Assembly: GCA_001797315.1 (NCBI GenBank)
Contig: MGPC01000037.1
Coordinates: forward strand, 30,593 to 94,592
Direction: 5' to 3'
From: Curvibacter sp. GWA2_64_110
GTDB taxonomy: Bacteria; Pseudomonadota; Gammaproteobacteria; Burkholderiales; Burkholderiaceae_C
DNA length: 64,000 bases
The notes under the pieces were generated by a model, which saw only the letters and a program-made list of their open reading frames with translations, did no database searches and was not told where the DNA came from. Positions 51,326-61,275 of this stretch are shown here, piece by piece; position 1 is the first letter of the stretch; every line of letters starts with the position of its first letter. A program made the translations under genes and the position numbers.

Positions 51326-51682
51326 ATGAGCGCGATTCTTACCTCCCAGCCCGATGGCGAACGCAGACAGGTGGAGCGCAAACCCTTGAGCGTGCGCGTG
51401 CGCCTGGCGCTGGCGGGCCGGCCGGAGATGGAAGTCCGCTCCATCGATGCCGGCGCCAGCGGCATGAGCCTCATTGTCGACGTGAATCTGCCCCCCGGCA
51501 CCACCTGCAACCTGGCGTTCACGCTGCCGCTGCCGGACGGCGGCCTGCACAAGGCGCAAACCGCCGCCGTCATTGCCCACAGCACCTACAGCAGCAAGCG
51601 CAGCGGCTTCGTCATTGGTGTGCAGTTCAAGGGTGCCCCTGCGGATCTGCAAGCGGTGCTGGCGCGCTACGTCAAAGGCTGA
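51326..51682 (+). CDS. PilZ-domain protein (single domain)
   Basis: 118 aa with an RRxxxR-like segment (ERRQVERKP) and a D.S..G-like segment (IDAGASGMSL). Confidence 0.7.
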   Translation: MSAILTSQPDGERRQVERKPLSVRVRLALAGRPEMEVRSIDAGASGMSLIVDVNLPPGTTCNLAFTLPLPDGGLHKAQTAAVIAHSTYSSKRSGFVIGVQFKGAPADLQAVLARYVKG

Positions 51683-51699
51683 GCGGTTCGTGCCGGAGT

Positions 51700-53121
51700 T
51701 CAGGTCCGGAGTACCCGGCCCGGGTTCATCAGGTTCTGCGGGTCCAGCGCCTTCTTGATCGAGCGCATCAGGTCAAGCGCCACCGGCGACTTGTGGTGTG
51801 CCAGCTTGTCGGCCTTCAGGCTGCCGATGCCGTGCTCGGCCGAGATCGAGCCGTTGTAGCGGTCCACCACCTCGTACACCAGCTCGTTCATCGGTGCTTC
51901 CTCCTCGTTGAGGAAGCGCGCCTGGTCGTCGCCCTCCGGCGCCTGCACGTTGTAGTGCAGGTTGCCGTCGCCCAGGTGGCCGTAGGTCACCAGGCGGGCG
52001 CCGGGGAAGTGCTTGAGCAGCAGGGCGTTGGTCTCGTTCACGAACTCGGGGATGCGCGAGACGTTGATCGAGATGTCGTGCTTGATGTTCAGCCCTTCCT
52101 CGGCCTGCGCCAGCGGAATGCTCTCGCGGATGTGCCACAGCGCGTGGGCCTGCGCCATGCTCTCGGCCACCACGGCGTCGGTCACGTGGCCGGCTTCCAT
52201 GGCGGCTTCCAGCAGGCGCTCGAAGCATTCGCGCGCATGGGCTTCCGATTCGTTGTCCGAGTTTTCCAGCACCACGCACCAGGGCGATTCCTGCCAGAAC
52301 GGCACACGCTGCTGCGGGAAGTGCTTGGCCACCAGGCTGAGCGCAAACTGGCCCATGACCTCGAAGCCGGTCAGGCCTGCGCTCAGGTGCTGGTGCGCCA
52401 GGCCCAGCAGCTTCACGGCGTCCTCCAGCGAGGGCACGGCGGCAAAGGCGGTCAGTTGCGCTTTCGGCATCGGGTACAGCTTCATGGTGGCGCCGGTGAT
52501 CACGCCCAGCGTGCCTTCCGAGCCGATGAAGAGGTGGCGCAGGTCGTAGCCGGTGTTGTCCTTGCGCAGGCCGGTCAGTCCGTTCCAGACCTCGCCTTGC
52601 GCGGTCACCACTTCCAGCCCCAGGCACAGTTCGCGCGTGTTGCCGTAGCGCACCACCTGGGTGCCGCCGGCGTTGGTGCCAAGGTTGCCGCCGATGGTGC
52701 AGCTGCCTTCCGAGGCCAGACTGAGCGGGAACAGGAAGCCGGCCTTCTCGCATTCCTCCTGCAGGCTTTGCAGCACGCAGCCGGCATCCACGGTGATGGT
52801 CAGATTGCCGGCATCGAGCGCGCGCACCTTGTTCATGCGCGTCAGGCTCAGCACCACCTGCCGGCCGCTGGCGTCGGGCGTGGAGCCCACCACCATGCCG
52901 GTATTGCCGCCCTGCGGCACCATGCTGACGCCGGCAGCAGCGCAGGCCTTCACCACAGCGGCCACTTCGGTGGTGCTGCCGGGGCGCACCACGGCCAGGG
53001 CACTGCCGCGTTCGCGGCGGCGCCAGTCCAGCTCCCAGGCCGTCAGGTCGCCTTCGGTTAATACGTTCGCGGCGCCGACGATCTGGCGCAGTTGGTCAAG
53101 CAGTTCGGTAGGGGTGGTCAT
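51700..53121 (-). CDS. FAD-binding oxidoreductase, GlcD / D-2-hydroxyacid dehydrogenase family
   Basis: 473 aa with FAD_binding_4-type N-terminal domain (PQGGNTGMVVGS) and a C-terminal FAD-oxidase domain. Start set at ATG 53121. Confidence 0.85.
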   Translation of the reverse strand: MTTPTELLDQLRQIVGAANVLTEGDLTAWELDWRRRERGSALAVVRPGSTTEVAAVVKACAAAGVSMVPQGGNTGMVVGSTPDASGRQVVLSLTRMNKVRALDAGNLTITVDAGCVLQSLQEECEKAGFLFPLSLASEGSCTIGGNLGTNAGGTQVVRYGNTRELCLGLEVVTAQGEVWNGLTGLRKDNTGYDLRHLFIGSEGTLGVITGATMKLYPMPKAQLTAFAAVPSLEDAVKLLGLAHQHLSAGLTGFEVMGQFALSLVAKHFPQQRVPFWQESPWCVVLENSDNESEAHARECFERLLEAAMEAGHVTDAVVAESMAQAHALWHIRESIPLAQAEEGLNIKHDISINVSRIPEFVNETNALLLKHFPGARLVTYGHLGDGNLHYNVQAPEGDDQARFLNEEEAPMNELVYEVVDRYNGSISAEHGIGSLKADKLAHHKSPVALDLMRSIKKALDPQNLMNPGRVLRT

Positions 53122-53522
53122 GGTGTCAAAGGTTCGGTATCCGGATCGGCCTTGGCGGCCTTCAGGCGCAGGCGCACGTGCAGGGTGCAGCCGGCAAACA
53201 GCGTGAGGCACAGCAGCACTTCCAGGGCGGCCAGCCAGGCGCCGGGTGCCGGCTCGCTGGTCGCGCGTACCACGCCTTCGATGAAGTACAGCCAGATCAG
53301 CAGGCTGACCCAGCGGTAGGTGTACATGCGGTTCTTCAGCAGGCCGGCCAGCGGCAGGCACAGCGGCAGCACCTTCAGTGCCAGCCATGAGCCGCCGGGA
53401 CGCAAGGGCGCCAGCCACAACTCCCAGGCCAGGCCCAGTGCGATCAGGCCCAGCAGGCTGCCCACGGCCAGCAGGCGGCTGAGGCGAACGGGGGAGGAAA
53501 CGGGATGGTCGGCGGCGGTCAT
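53118..53522 (-). CDS. DUF2069-like small membrane protein
   Basis: 134 aa with four TM segments. Its stop overlaps the downstream ATG (ATGA). Confidence 0.6.
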   Translation of the reverse strand: MTAADHPVSSPVRLSRLLAVGSLLGLIALGLAWELWLAPLRPGGSWLALKVLPLCLPLAGLLKNRMYTYRWVSLLIWLYFIEGVVRATSEPAPGAWLAALEVLLCLTLFAGCTLHVRLRLKAAKADPDTEPLTP

Positions 53523-53542
53523 GGAGGTGGCATCATAGCGGG

Positions 53543-54745
53543 ATGAGCGAGCCATCCCGACTGCAAGCCTTTGTCCAAGACCTGTCGCACTTTCCCTGGG
53601 GAAACACGGCGCTGACCCTGCGCGAGCGTTTCCGCGAAGACCGCCTGGGCCTGACCGCCAGCAGCCTGACCTTCACCACCATCATTGCCCTGGTGCCGCT
53701 GTTTACGGTGGCACTGGCGGTGTTCACCGCCTTTCCCATGTTCGGCAAGCTGCAGGAGGTGCTGCAGAAGTGGCTGGTGGAAAGCCTGGTTCCCGACAAC
53801 ATTGCACGCCAGGTGCTGGGCTACCTGACGCAGTTTGCCGGCAAGGCCAGCCGCCTGGGGACGGTGGGTCTGGCGGTGCTGTTTGCCACCGCGCTGAGCC
53901 TGGTGTTCACCATCGACCGCACGCTCAACAGCATCTGGCGCGTGCGCCAGTCGCGCCCGCTGGGGCAGCGTCTGCTGATCTACTGGACGGCCATCACGCT
54001 CGGCCCCTTGCTGCTGGCCTCGAGCCTGACCATCACCTCCTACCTCATCTCGGCGTCGCGCGGCCTGGTGGGGGGGATGCCGGGCGGCGTGCGCTTCCTG
54101 CTCGATCTGCTGGAGTTTTTCATGGTCGCCGGCGGCATGGCGGCCACCTACTACTACGTGCCCAACACCCAGGTGAAGTGGGGCCACGCCTGGGCCGGCG
54201 GCATCTTCTCTGCTGCCGGCATCGAGCTGGCCAAGAAACTGCTGGCGATTTACGTCAAGGCGGTCCCGACCTATTCGGCCGTGTACGGCGCCTTTGCCAC
54301 TGTGCCTATTTTGCTGGTCTGGATCTACGTGGTCTGGGTCATCGTGCTGCTGGGCGCGGTCATCACCGCCTACCTGCCCAGCCTGCTCATGGGCGTGTCG
54401 CGCCGCGGCGGCACGCCGGGCTGGGAATTCACGCTGGCGCTCGATACCTTGTCGCAACTGCTGGCCAGCAGCCAGGCCGGGCGCCGGGGGCTGTCGGCCG
54501 AGGCTCTGGCCGAGGCCTTGCGCGTCGACCCGGTGCAGCTTCAGTCGGTGCTCGGTACCCTGGTGGCGCTGGACTGGGTGGGGCGGCTGGAAGACGGCGA
54601 TGGCCGTTACGTGCTGCTGGTCGACCCGGAGGCCACCGCCATCGGCCCGCTGGTCGACCGCTTGCTGCTGACGCCGTCGCCACGCACCGCATTCATGACC
54701 ATAAATGGCATGAAGTCCTCATCCCTGCTGCGTGAGGCGCTATAA
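53543..54745 (+). CDS. YihY/BrkB-family inner-membrane protein
   Basis: 400 aa (LTASSLTFTTIIALVPL, SAVYGAFATVPILLVWIY) with a C-terminal soluble extension. Confidence 0.8.
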   Translation: MSEPSRLQAFVQDLSHFPWGNTALTLRERFREDRLGLTASSLTFTTIIALVPLFTVALAVFTAFPMFGKLQEVLQKWLVESLVPDNIARQVLGYLTQFAGKASRLGTVGLAVLFATALSLVFTIDRTLNSIWRVRQSRPLGQRLLIYWTAITLGPLLLASSLTITSYLISASRGLVGGMPGGVRFLLDLLEFFMVAGGMAATYYYVPNTQVKWGHAWAGGIFSAAGIELAKKLLAIYVKAVPTYSAVYGAFATVPILLVWIYVVWVIVLLGAVITAYLPSLLMGVSRRGGTPGWEFTLALDTLSQLLASSQAGRRGLSAEALAEALRVDPVQLQSVLGTLVALDWVGRLEDGDGRYVLLVDPEATAIGPLVDRLLLTPSPRTAFMTINGMKSSSLLREAL

Positions 54746-54789
54746 AATCAGTAGCGTTTTGTGGTGCCAATGGTGGCCCGACGCGCCGG

Positions 54790-55119
54790 TCAGAGCTTGA
54801 TCTTGCCGGTCCAGATGTCCTTGTACATCACCCAGTCGCCCATGAAGCTGTAGAGCGGACGCTTGAAGCTGGCCGGCTTGTTCTTCTCGAAACCGAAGTG
54901 GCCGAGCCAGGCAAAACCGTAGCCGCACAGCAGACCGTACAGGAAGTACTGCGGCTTGCCCGTGACCAGCAGCATGGTCAGGCAGGCGAGAGCCAGCGAG
55001 CTGCCGACGAAGTGCAGGCGGCGGCAGGTGCGGTTGCTGTGCTCGCCCAGGTAAAAGGGATAGAACTCGGCAAAGCTGCTGAAGGCCTTGGGGTCGGTGG
55101 ATGCGGCGGTGGTGTTCAA
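54790..55119 (-). CDS. DUF962 (Mpo1-like) family membrane protein
   Basis: 109 aa (FAEFYPFYLGEHSNRTCRRLHFVG, GHFGFEKNKPA). TTG start at 55119 with AGGAGA 5 nt upstream. The rest of track ORF 54790..55701 is rejected. Confidence 0.7.
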   Translation of the reverse strand: MNTTAASTDPKAFSSFAEFYPFYLGEHSNRTCRRLHFVGSSLALACLTMLLVTGKPQYFLYGLLCGYGFAWLGHFGFEKNKPASFKRPLYSFMGDWVMYKDIWTGKIKL

Positions 55120-55215
55120 ACTGGTCTCCTGGTTTTGTTGTGGGCGCAGTTTAGACCGCGGTACGGCGGCTCGCAAGCCATGTCCTGAGCGACCGTGCGG
55201 CGGGCTATAGTGCCA

Positions 55216-55710
55216 ATGGCGCAGGCATGCGCTGAAGAGCGAGTGAAAGGAAAGACAGTGCAACCGAGTGAGCTGGAAAACTACCTGCACGACCACATCC
55301 CCTTGTCCAGGGCGATGCAGGTGTCGGTCCTGTCCGTGCAGGACGAGGTCGTCGTGCTGGCAGCGCCGTTGGCGCCCAACATCAACCACCGCGACACGGT
55401 TTTCGGCGGCAGCGCCTCGGCCTTGGCCATCCTCTCGGCCTGGTCGCTGCTGCACACGCGGCTGGCCCGGGCCGGCATCGCCAGCCGTCTCGTGATTCAG
55501 CGCAACAGCATGAGTTACGAACGGCCGATCGATGGCGCGTTTACCGCACGTGCCTCGCTGGGGTCGCCGCAAGACTGGGAGCACTTCACCCGCATGCTGG
55601 CGCGCAAGGGCAAGGCCCGGATCACGGTAGCGTCCGTGCTCGAACACGACGGCCAGGAGGCCGGGCTGTTTGCGGGCGAGTTCGTCGCCCTGAGAGGGCA
55701 TGCCGACTAG
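55216..55710 (+). CDS. YiiD-C-terminal-type (hotdog fold) putative thioesterase
   Basis: NHRDTVFGGSASALAILSAWSLL block. The start is uncertain (GTG 55195, ATG 55216 or GTG 55258). Confidence 0.6.
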   Translation: MAQACAEERVKGKTVQPSELENYLHDHIPLSRAMQVSVLSVQDEVVVLAAPLAPNINHRDTVFGGSASALAILSAWSLLHTRLARAGIASRLVIQRNSMSYERPIDGAFTARASLGSPQDWEHFTRMLARKGKARITVASVLEHDGQEAGLFAGEFVALRGHAD

Positions 55711-55752
55711 CGAGCGCCTTCATTGGCTCATTTCAGATCCAAGGCAACACCC

Positions 55753-56412
55753 ATGTTCATCGGCCACTTTGCCCTCGGCTTCGGCGCCAAACCGCTCGCC
55801 TCCAAGGTGTCGCTCGGCACCTTGTTCCTCGCCGCCCAGTTCATCGACCTGCTGTGGCCGACGTTTTTGCTGCTGGGCATCGAGCGCGTGCGCATCGAGC
55901 CGGGCGCCACGGTGGTGACGCCGCTGGTGTTCGAGCATTACCCGTTCACGCACAGCCTGCTGGCCGTGCTGGGCTGGGCGGTCCTGCTGGGTGTGGTCTA
56001 CGGGCTGCTCAAACGCGACCGGCGCGGCGCCCTGGTGCTGGGCTTTCTGGTGCTGAGCCACTGGGCGCTCGATCTGATGGTGCACCGGCCCGACCTGCCG
56101 CTGTCGCCCTGGGGCGATGCGCTGCTGGGCCTGAATGTCTGGTCATCGCTGTCCCTGACGTTGGCGCTGGAAGTGCCCATGTTTGCCCTGGGTGCCTGGG
56201 TCTATGCGCGCAATACCGTTGCCCTTGACGGGGTTGGCCGTTGGGGGCTGCTGGGTCTGGTGCTCTTCCTGTTCATCATCTACGCCGGCAACCTGTTCGG
56301 CGCGCCGCCGCCGAATGTGCTGGCGCTTGCCTGGGTCGGGCAACTGCAGTGGCTGCTGGTGCTGTGGGGCTACTGGGTGGACCGGCACCGCCGCCCTGCG
56401 GTGCCGGTCTGA
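55753..56412 (+). CDS. Integral membrane protein, possibly a YdjM/DUF457-like membrane-bound metal-dependent hydrolase
   Basis: 219 aa with ~6 TM segments and conserved His positions (FTHSLL, LSHWALDLMVH). The family assignment is tentative. Confidence 0.5.
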   Translation: MFIGHFALGFGAKPLASKVSLGTLFLAAQFIDLLWPTFLLLGIERVRIEPGATVVTPLVFEHYPFTHSLLAVLGWAVLLGVVYGLLKRDRRGALVLGFLVLSHWALDLMVHRPDLPLSPWGDALLGLNVWSSLSLTLALEVPMFALGAWVYARNTVALDGVGRWGLLGLVLFLFIIYAGNLFGAPPPNVLALAWVGQLQWLLVLWGYWVDRHRRPAVPV

Positions 56413-56415
56413 GCT

Positions 56416-57237
56416 TCAGCAGGCCAGGAAATCGCGGATCGCGAACAGCGTCTCGTCCGGCGTTTCGCTCATCTGGTGGTGGCCCACCGGCAGCTTCACC
56501 ACCTGCACTGATTTGCCGGCTTCGCGCGCCTTGGCGATCAGCCCCTGCGCGGCCTTGGGCATGGTCATCTGGTCTTGCGCGCCGAGCAGGAACAGCACCG
56601 GACAGTTGATCTGCGCCACCGCGTTGTCGCCATTGGCATAGCTGTCGCAGGCCTTGAAGCCGCGGTGGAACAGGTTGACCTTGCGGTTGCTGGCCAGCAC
56701 GCGCCGGCCCAGCGCCATGCCAGCACCATAGACCCAGGTGCCGGGGCCGAGCACCGAGGGCGGCGCGGCCAGCGTGCTGCGCGAAAAGACGTTGATCATG
56801 GTCAGCGCCTTCATCGGCTCATTGAGCGAGGCATCGAGCAGGGCCTGCGACACCTTCATCGGGAAGGCCGTGCCGACCAGCACCAGATGGCTGATGCGGT
56901 CTTTCAGTCGCGCAGCCGCCTCCAGCGCGATCAGCGAGCCCCAGCTGTGGCCCACCAGCGCGGCGCGCGGTACCTTCGCGGCGTCGAGCAGGGCGGCGAT
57001 GAAGCCGGCTGCCTGTTCCACCGTTTCCGGCGCCTCGCCGGCGCTGCGGCAGTGGCCCGGCAAATCGACTGCCAGCACGTTCCAGCCGTGGTTGGCCAGG
57101 TAGCGGCTCTGCAGGATCCAGACGCTGTGGTCGTTGAGCACGCCGTGGATGAAGACGACAGTGGGCTTGGCAGCATCAAACGCCTTGCCGCCGGTGTAGC
57201 AATAGGTCTTGGCGCCGTTGACGATCAATTCCATCAT
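56416..57237 (-). CDS. Alpha/beta-fold hydrolase
   Basis: 273 aa with HG oxyanion motif (VVFIHGV) and nucleophile elbow GHSWG. Only the C-terminal 273 codons of track ORF 56416..59391 are real. The start ATGATG overlaps the metY stop. Confidence 0.85.
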   Translation of the reverse strand: MMELIVNGAKTYCYTGGKAFDAAKPTVVFIHGVLNDHSVWILQSRYLANHGWNVLAVDLPGHCRSAGEAPETVEQAAGFIAALLDAAKVPRAALVGHSWGSLIALEAAARLKDRISHLVLVGTAFPMKVSQALLDASLNEPMKALTMINVFSRSTLAAPPSVLGPGTWVYGAGMALGRRVLASNRKVNLFHRGFKACDSYANGDNAVAQINCPVLFLLGAQDQMTMPKAAQGLIAKAREAGKSVQVVKLPVGHHQMSETPDETLFAIRDFLAC

Positions 57238-58535
57238 GCACCTGCCTTTTCTGCCGCTTTCAATGCGCGCTTCAAGTCGTCGATCAGATCGTCCGGGTCT
57301 TCCAGGCCGATCGACAGGCGGATGGTGCCCTGCGAGATGCCGGCACCCGCCAGCGCCTCGTCGCTCATGCGGAAGTGGGTGGTGCTGGCCGGGTGGATCA
57401 CCAGGCTGCGGCAGTCGCCCACATTGGCCAGGTGGCTGAAGACCTTGAGCGTCTCGATGAAAGCCTTGCCCTGCTCGCGGTTGCCCTTGATGTCGAAGCT
57501 GAACACCGAGCCGGCACCGCGCGGCAGCAGCTTCTTGGCCAGCGCATGGCTGGGGTGGCTTTCCAGCAGCGGGTGGCCGACGCGCGAGACAAAGGGCTGG
57601 CTGGCCAGGAATTGCACCACGCGCTCGGTGTTGCTCATGTGGCGCGCCATGCGCAGCGGCAAGGTTTCGATGCCTTGCAGGATCAGCCAGGCGGTGTGCG
57701 GGCTCATGCAGGCACCGAAGTCGCGCAGGCCTTCGCGGCGCGCACGCAAGAGGAAGGCGCCGATGGTCGACTCCTCGGTGAACACCATGTTGTGAAAGCC
57801 GTCGTAGGCCTGGCTCAGCTCGGGGAATTTGCCCGAGGCATCCCAGTCGAAGCTGCCGCCGTCCACCACCACGCCGCCGATCACGGTGCCGTGGCCGCTC
57901 AGGAACTTGGTGGCCGAGTGGTAGACCAGGTCGGCGCCGTGCTCGAAAGGCTTGATCAGCCAGGGCGAGGTGAGGGTGGAGTCCACCAGCAGCGGCACGC
58001 CGGCCTCGTGGGCGATGGCGCTCACGGTCGGGATGTCCAGCACGTCCAGGCCCGGGTTGCCCACGGTTTCGCCGAAGAACAGCTTGGTGTTGGGCCGCAC
58101 CGCCTTGCGCCAGCCGTCGATGTCGCCCGGTTTGACGAAAGTGGTCTCGATGCCGAAGCGGCGCAAGGTGTAGTGCAGCAGGTTCTGCGAACCGCCGTAC
58201 AGCGCCGTGCTGGCCACGATGTGCGCGCCGGCGCCCATCAGCGTGGCGATGGAGAGATGCAGTGCTGCCTGACCGCTGGCCACGGCAATGGCGCCAATGC
58301 CGCCTTCCAGCGCCGCCATGCGCTGCTCGAGCACCGCGTTGGTCGGGTTGCTGATGCGGCTGTAGACGTGGCCGGCGCGCTCCAGGTTGAACAGGGCGGC
58401 GGCGTGGTCGCTCGATTCGAAGACGAAGGAGGTGGTCAGGTGGATCGGCACGGCGCGCGCGCCGGTGGCAGGGTCGGGCGCGGCACCGGCGTGTAGCGCC
58501 AGGGTGTCGAAGCCGGGGTCGGAATAACCGGGCAT
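57234..58535 (-). CDS. metY: O-acetylhomoserine aminocarboxypropyltransferase (sulfhydrylase)
   Basis: 433 aa, Cys/Met-metabolism PLP family (YSRISNPT, SATKFLSGHG). Confidence 0.92.
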   Translation of the reverse strand: MPGYSDPGFDTLALHAGAAPDPATGARAVPIHLTTSFVFESSDHAAALFNLERAGHVYSRISNPTNAVLEQRMAALEGGIGAIAVASGQAALHLSIATLMGAGAHIVASTALYGGSQNLLHYTLRRFGIETTFVKPGDIDGWRKAVRPNTKLFFGETVGNPGLDVLDIPTVSAIAHEAGVPLLVDSTLTSPWLIKPFEHGADLVYHSATKFLSGHGTVIGGVVVDGGSFDWDASGKFPELSQAYDGFHNMVFTEESTIGAFLLRARREGLRDFGACMSPHTAWLILQGIETLPLRMARHMSNTERVVQFLASQPFVSRVGHPLLESHPSHALAKKLLPRGAGSVFSFDIKGNREQGKAFIETLKVFSHLANVGDCRSLVIHPASTTHFRMSDEALAGAGISQGTIRLSIGLEDPDDLIDDLKRALKAAEKAGA

Positions 58536-58680
58536 GGAAGTCTCCGCAGTTTTGTGGTTCGGACGGCTGCAGGCGGCGCAAGGCGTGTCGCGTGCTGGCT
58601 TGACCTGCTGTTCCGTTCGGGGTTGAATGATGCCATTGTGGGCTATATTCCATGCCCTTGAGAGTCACGAGGAGCACACC

Positions 58681-59145
58681 ATGAAAGTCAGCGACATCCT
58701 GCGCGTCAAGGGCAACACCCTGTACACCGTCACCCCCGACGAGCCGCTGGCCCGCGCGACCGAGGTGATGGCGGAAAAAGACATCGGCTCGCTGGTGGTC
58801 ATGGACCATGGCGACCTGGTGGGCATGCTGACCTTCCGTGAGGTCATCCAGCAGGCCGTGAAAAACGGCGGCAGCATCGGCACGACGCTGGTGCGTACCG
58901 CCATGGACGACGCGCCGCTGACCTGCACCATGGAGACCGACATGGACGAGGTGCGCCGCATGATGCTGGACCGCCACGCCCGCTACATGCCGGTCATGGA
59001 CAAGAAGATGCTGATGGGCGTGATCAGCTTCTACGACGTGGCCAAGGCCGTGGTCGATGCCCAGAACTTCGAGAACAAGATGCTCAAGGCCTACATCCGC
59101 GACTGGCCGGAAGAAGAAGCGCAGCCCGCCGCCAAAGACGCCTGA
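58681..59145 (+). CDS. CBS-domain pair protein
   Basis: 154 aa with two CBS motifs. GAGGAG lies upstream of ATG 58681. Confidence 0.85.
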   Translation: MKVSDILRVKGNTLYTVTPDEPLARATEVMAEKDIGSLVVMDHGDLVGMLTFREVIQQAVKNGGSIGTTLVRTAMDDAPLTCTMETDMDEVRRMMLDRHARYMPVMDKKMLMGVISFYDVAKAVVDAQNFENKMLKAYIRDWPEEEAQPAAKDA

Positions 59146-59212
59146 GTGCGAGGGCCGCGGCGACCCGAAGCGGACGCCGGGGAGTCGAATACTCTCTGGG
59201 ATAATCCCTCCC

Positions 59213-60316
59213 ATGAGCGGCAATACCTTCGGAAACCTCTTCGCGGTCACCAACTTTGGTGAATCCCACGGCCCGGCCATCGGCTGCGTGATCGACGGCT
59301 GCCCGCCGGGCATGGAACTGAGCGAGGCCGACATCCAGCCCGACCTGGACCGCCGTCGCCCCGGCACCTCCAAATTCGTCACCCAGCGCAACGAGCCTGA
59401 CGCGGTGGAAATTCTCTCTGGCGTCTATGAGGGCAAGACCACCGGCACGCCGATCTGCCTGCTCATCAGGAACACCGACCAGCGCAGCAAGGATTACGGC
59501 AACATCCTGCAGACTTTCCGCCCCGGTCATGCCGACTACACCTACTGGCACAAGTACGGCATCCGCGACCCGCGCGGCGGCGGCCGTTCCTCGGCGCGCC
59601 TGACCGCTCCCATGGTGGCGGCCGGCGCGGTCGCCAAAAAATGGCTGCGTGCCCAGTACGGCACCGAGTTCCGCGGCTGCATGACGCAGATCGGCGAGAT
59701 CGCCATTCCCTTCGAGTCCTGGGACCACGTGTCCGCCAACCCCTTCTTCGCCCCGGTGGCCGACGTGTCGGCGCTGGAGGCCTACATGGAAGCCCTGCGC
59801 AAGGCCGGCGACTCCTGCGGTGCGCGCCTGCGCGTCACGGCCAGCCACATGCCGGTCGGCCTGGGTGAGCCGCTGTTCGACAAGCTCGACGCCGACATCG
59901 CCTTCGCCATGATGGGCATCAATGCGGTGAAAGGCGTGGAGATCGGCGCCGGCTTCGCGGCCGTGGCCGACAAGGGCAGTACCCATGGCGATGCGCTCAG
60001 TCCGCAGGGCTTCAAGGCCAACAAGGCCGGCGGCGTGCTGGGCGGCATCAGCACCGGGCAGGACCTGGAAGTCTCGATTGCCATCAAGCCGACCAGCTCC
60101 ATCCTCACACCACGCGAGTCGATCGACGTCGAGGGCCACAGCACCGAGGTGGTGACCAAGGGCCGGCACGACCCCTGCGTCGGCATCCGCGCCACGCCCA
60201 TCGCCGAGGCCATGCTGGCCCTGGTGGTGATGGAGCACGCGTTGCGCCAGCGCGCCCAGTGCGGCGACGTCAAGCTGGTCGTGGGCCCGATACCCGGCTC
60301 AACCAACCAGGCCTGA
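59213..60316 (+). CDS. aroC: Chorismate synthase
   Basis: 367 aa ([24 protein letters not shown]). Confidence 0.96.
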   Translation: MSGNTFGNLFAVTNFGESHGPAIGCVIDGCPPGMELSEADIQPDLDRRRPGTSKFVTQRNEPDAVEILSGVYEGKTTGTPICLLIRNTDQRSKDYGNILQTFRPGHADYTYWHKYGIRDPRGGGRSSARLTAPMVAAGAVAKKWLRAQYGTEFRGCMTQIGEIAIPFESWDHVSANPFFAPVADVSALEAYMEALRKAGDSCGARLRVTASHMPVGLGEPLFDKLDADIAFAMMGINAVKGVEIGAGFAAVADKGSTHGDALSPQGFKANKAGGVLGGISTGQDLEVSIAIKPTSSILTPRESIDVEGHSTEVVTKGRHDPCVGIRATPIAEAMLALVVMEHALRQRAQCGDVKLVVGPIPGSTNQA

Positions 60317-60319
60317 GCC

Positions 60320-61069
60320 ATGCCGGCGCGGAAAGTCTCCGAGGCCGAACAGGCCGTGCGGGTCGATCTGGCCGCCGCCTACCGCCTGGCCGCGCTCAAT
60401 GGCTGGGACGACACCATCTACACCCACATCTCAGCCGCCGTGCCGGGTGAAGCGGGCGCCTACCTGATCAACCCCTACGGCCTGCTGTTCGAGGAGGTCT
60501 GCGCCTCCAACCTGGTCAAGGTCAACACCCGCGGCGAGAAGCTGGGCGACTCGCCGCACCGCGTCAACCCGACCGGTTTTGCCATTCACGGCGCCATCCA
60601 CGCGGCGCGTGCCAATGCCGGCTGCGTGCTGCATCTGCACACGCACTGGGGCATGGCGCTGGCCATGGTGCCGGGCGGTTTGCTGCCCACCACGCAACAC
60701 GCCATGCGCCTGTTCCAGCGCCTGGGCCGCCATGCCTACGAGGGCCTGGCGCTGGGCGGGCCGGAGGGCGAGCGCCTGGTGGCCAGGCTCGGCGAACTCG
60801 ACGGCCTGATCCTGGAGAACCACGGCACGCTGACCGTCGGCCAGACCGTGGCCGAGGCCTATATGCTGATGCACCATCTGGAGCGCGCCGCGCGTGCCCA
60901 GCTCACCGCCATGGCGGCTAGCGGCGGCAGCGTGCTGCAGGTCAGCGACGCCGTGGCGCAGCACACCTACCGGCAGTGGGTCGGTGACGGAGCTGAGCGC
61001 GACGGCGACGCCGAATGGCCGGCCCTGCTGCGCCGCCTGGACAAGATCGACCCTTCCTACAAAGACTGA
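60320..61069 (+). CDS. Class II aldolase / adducin N-terminal domain family protein
   Basis: 249 aa with His-rich metal site (HGAIH, LHLHTHWG). Confidence 0.8.
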   Translation: MPARKVSEAEQAVRVDLAAAYRLAALNGWDDTIYTHISAAVPGEAGAYLINPYGLLFEEVCASNLVKVNTRGEKLGDSPHRVNPTGFAIHGAIHAARANAGCVLHLHTHWGMALAMVPGGLLPTTQHAMRLFQRLGRHAYEGLALGGPEGERLVARLGELDGLILENHGTLTVGQTVAEAYMLMHHLERAARAQLTAMAASGGSVLQVSDAVAQHTYRQWVGDGAERDGDAEWPALLRRLDKIDPSYKD

Positions 61070-61086
61070 AACCAAGGAGATTTTTC

Positions 61087-61275
61087 ATGCCCACCATCCG
61101 CGTTGAAATGTTCGAGGGCCGCACGCCCGAACAGAAGAGGGAATTCGTCAAGGCCGTCACCGAGGCCGCCTGCAAGACCCTGGGGACGAAGCCTGAATCC
61201 GTCGACGTCATCCTGACCGACATCAGGAAGTCCGACTGGGCCACCGGCGGCGTGTTCTGGAGCGAGAAGACGTAG
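61087..61275 (+). CDS. 4-oxalocrotonate tautomerase family enzyme
   Basis: 62 aa starting MPTIRVEM (catalytic Pro1). AAGGAGA lies upstream. Confidence 0.85.
   Translation: MPTIRVEMFEGRTPEQKREFVKAVTEAACKTLGTKPESVDVILTDIRKSDWATGGVFWSEKT

Noticed and set aside
58536-58680. A SAM-type riboswitch in the 145-nt metY leader (divergent from the CBS gene).
   Set aside because: I could not recognise SAM-II/SAM-V or SAM-SAH consensus elements by eye. The region may simply hold two divergent promoters. It needs an Rfam covariance-model scan.
56416-59391. A 991-aa ORF spanning the hydrolase, metY, the CBS gene and the aroC start.
   Set aside because: Only the C-terminal 273 codons (56416-57237) look like a real protein, the alpha/beta hydrolase. 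The upstream part runs out of frame through metY and antisense to the CBS and aroC genes, and translates to Arg/Pro/Gly-rich nonsense.
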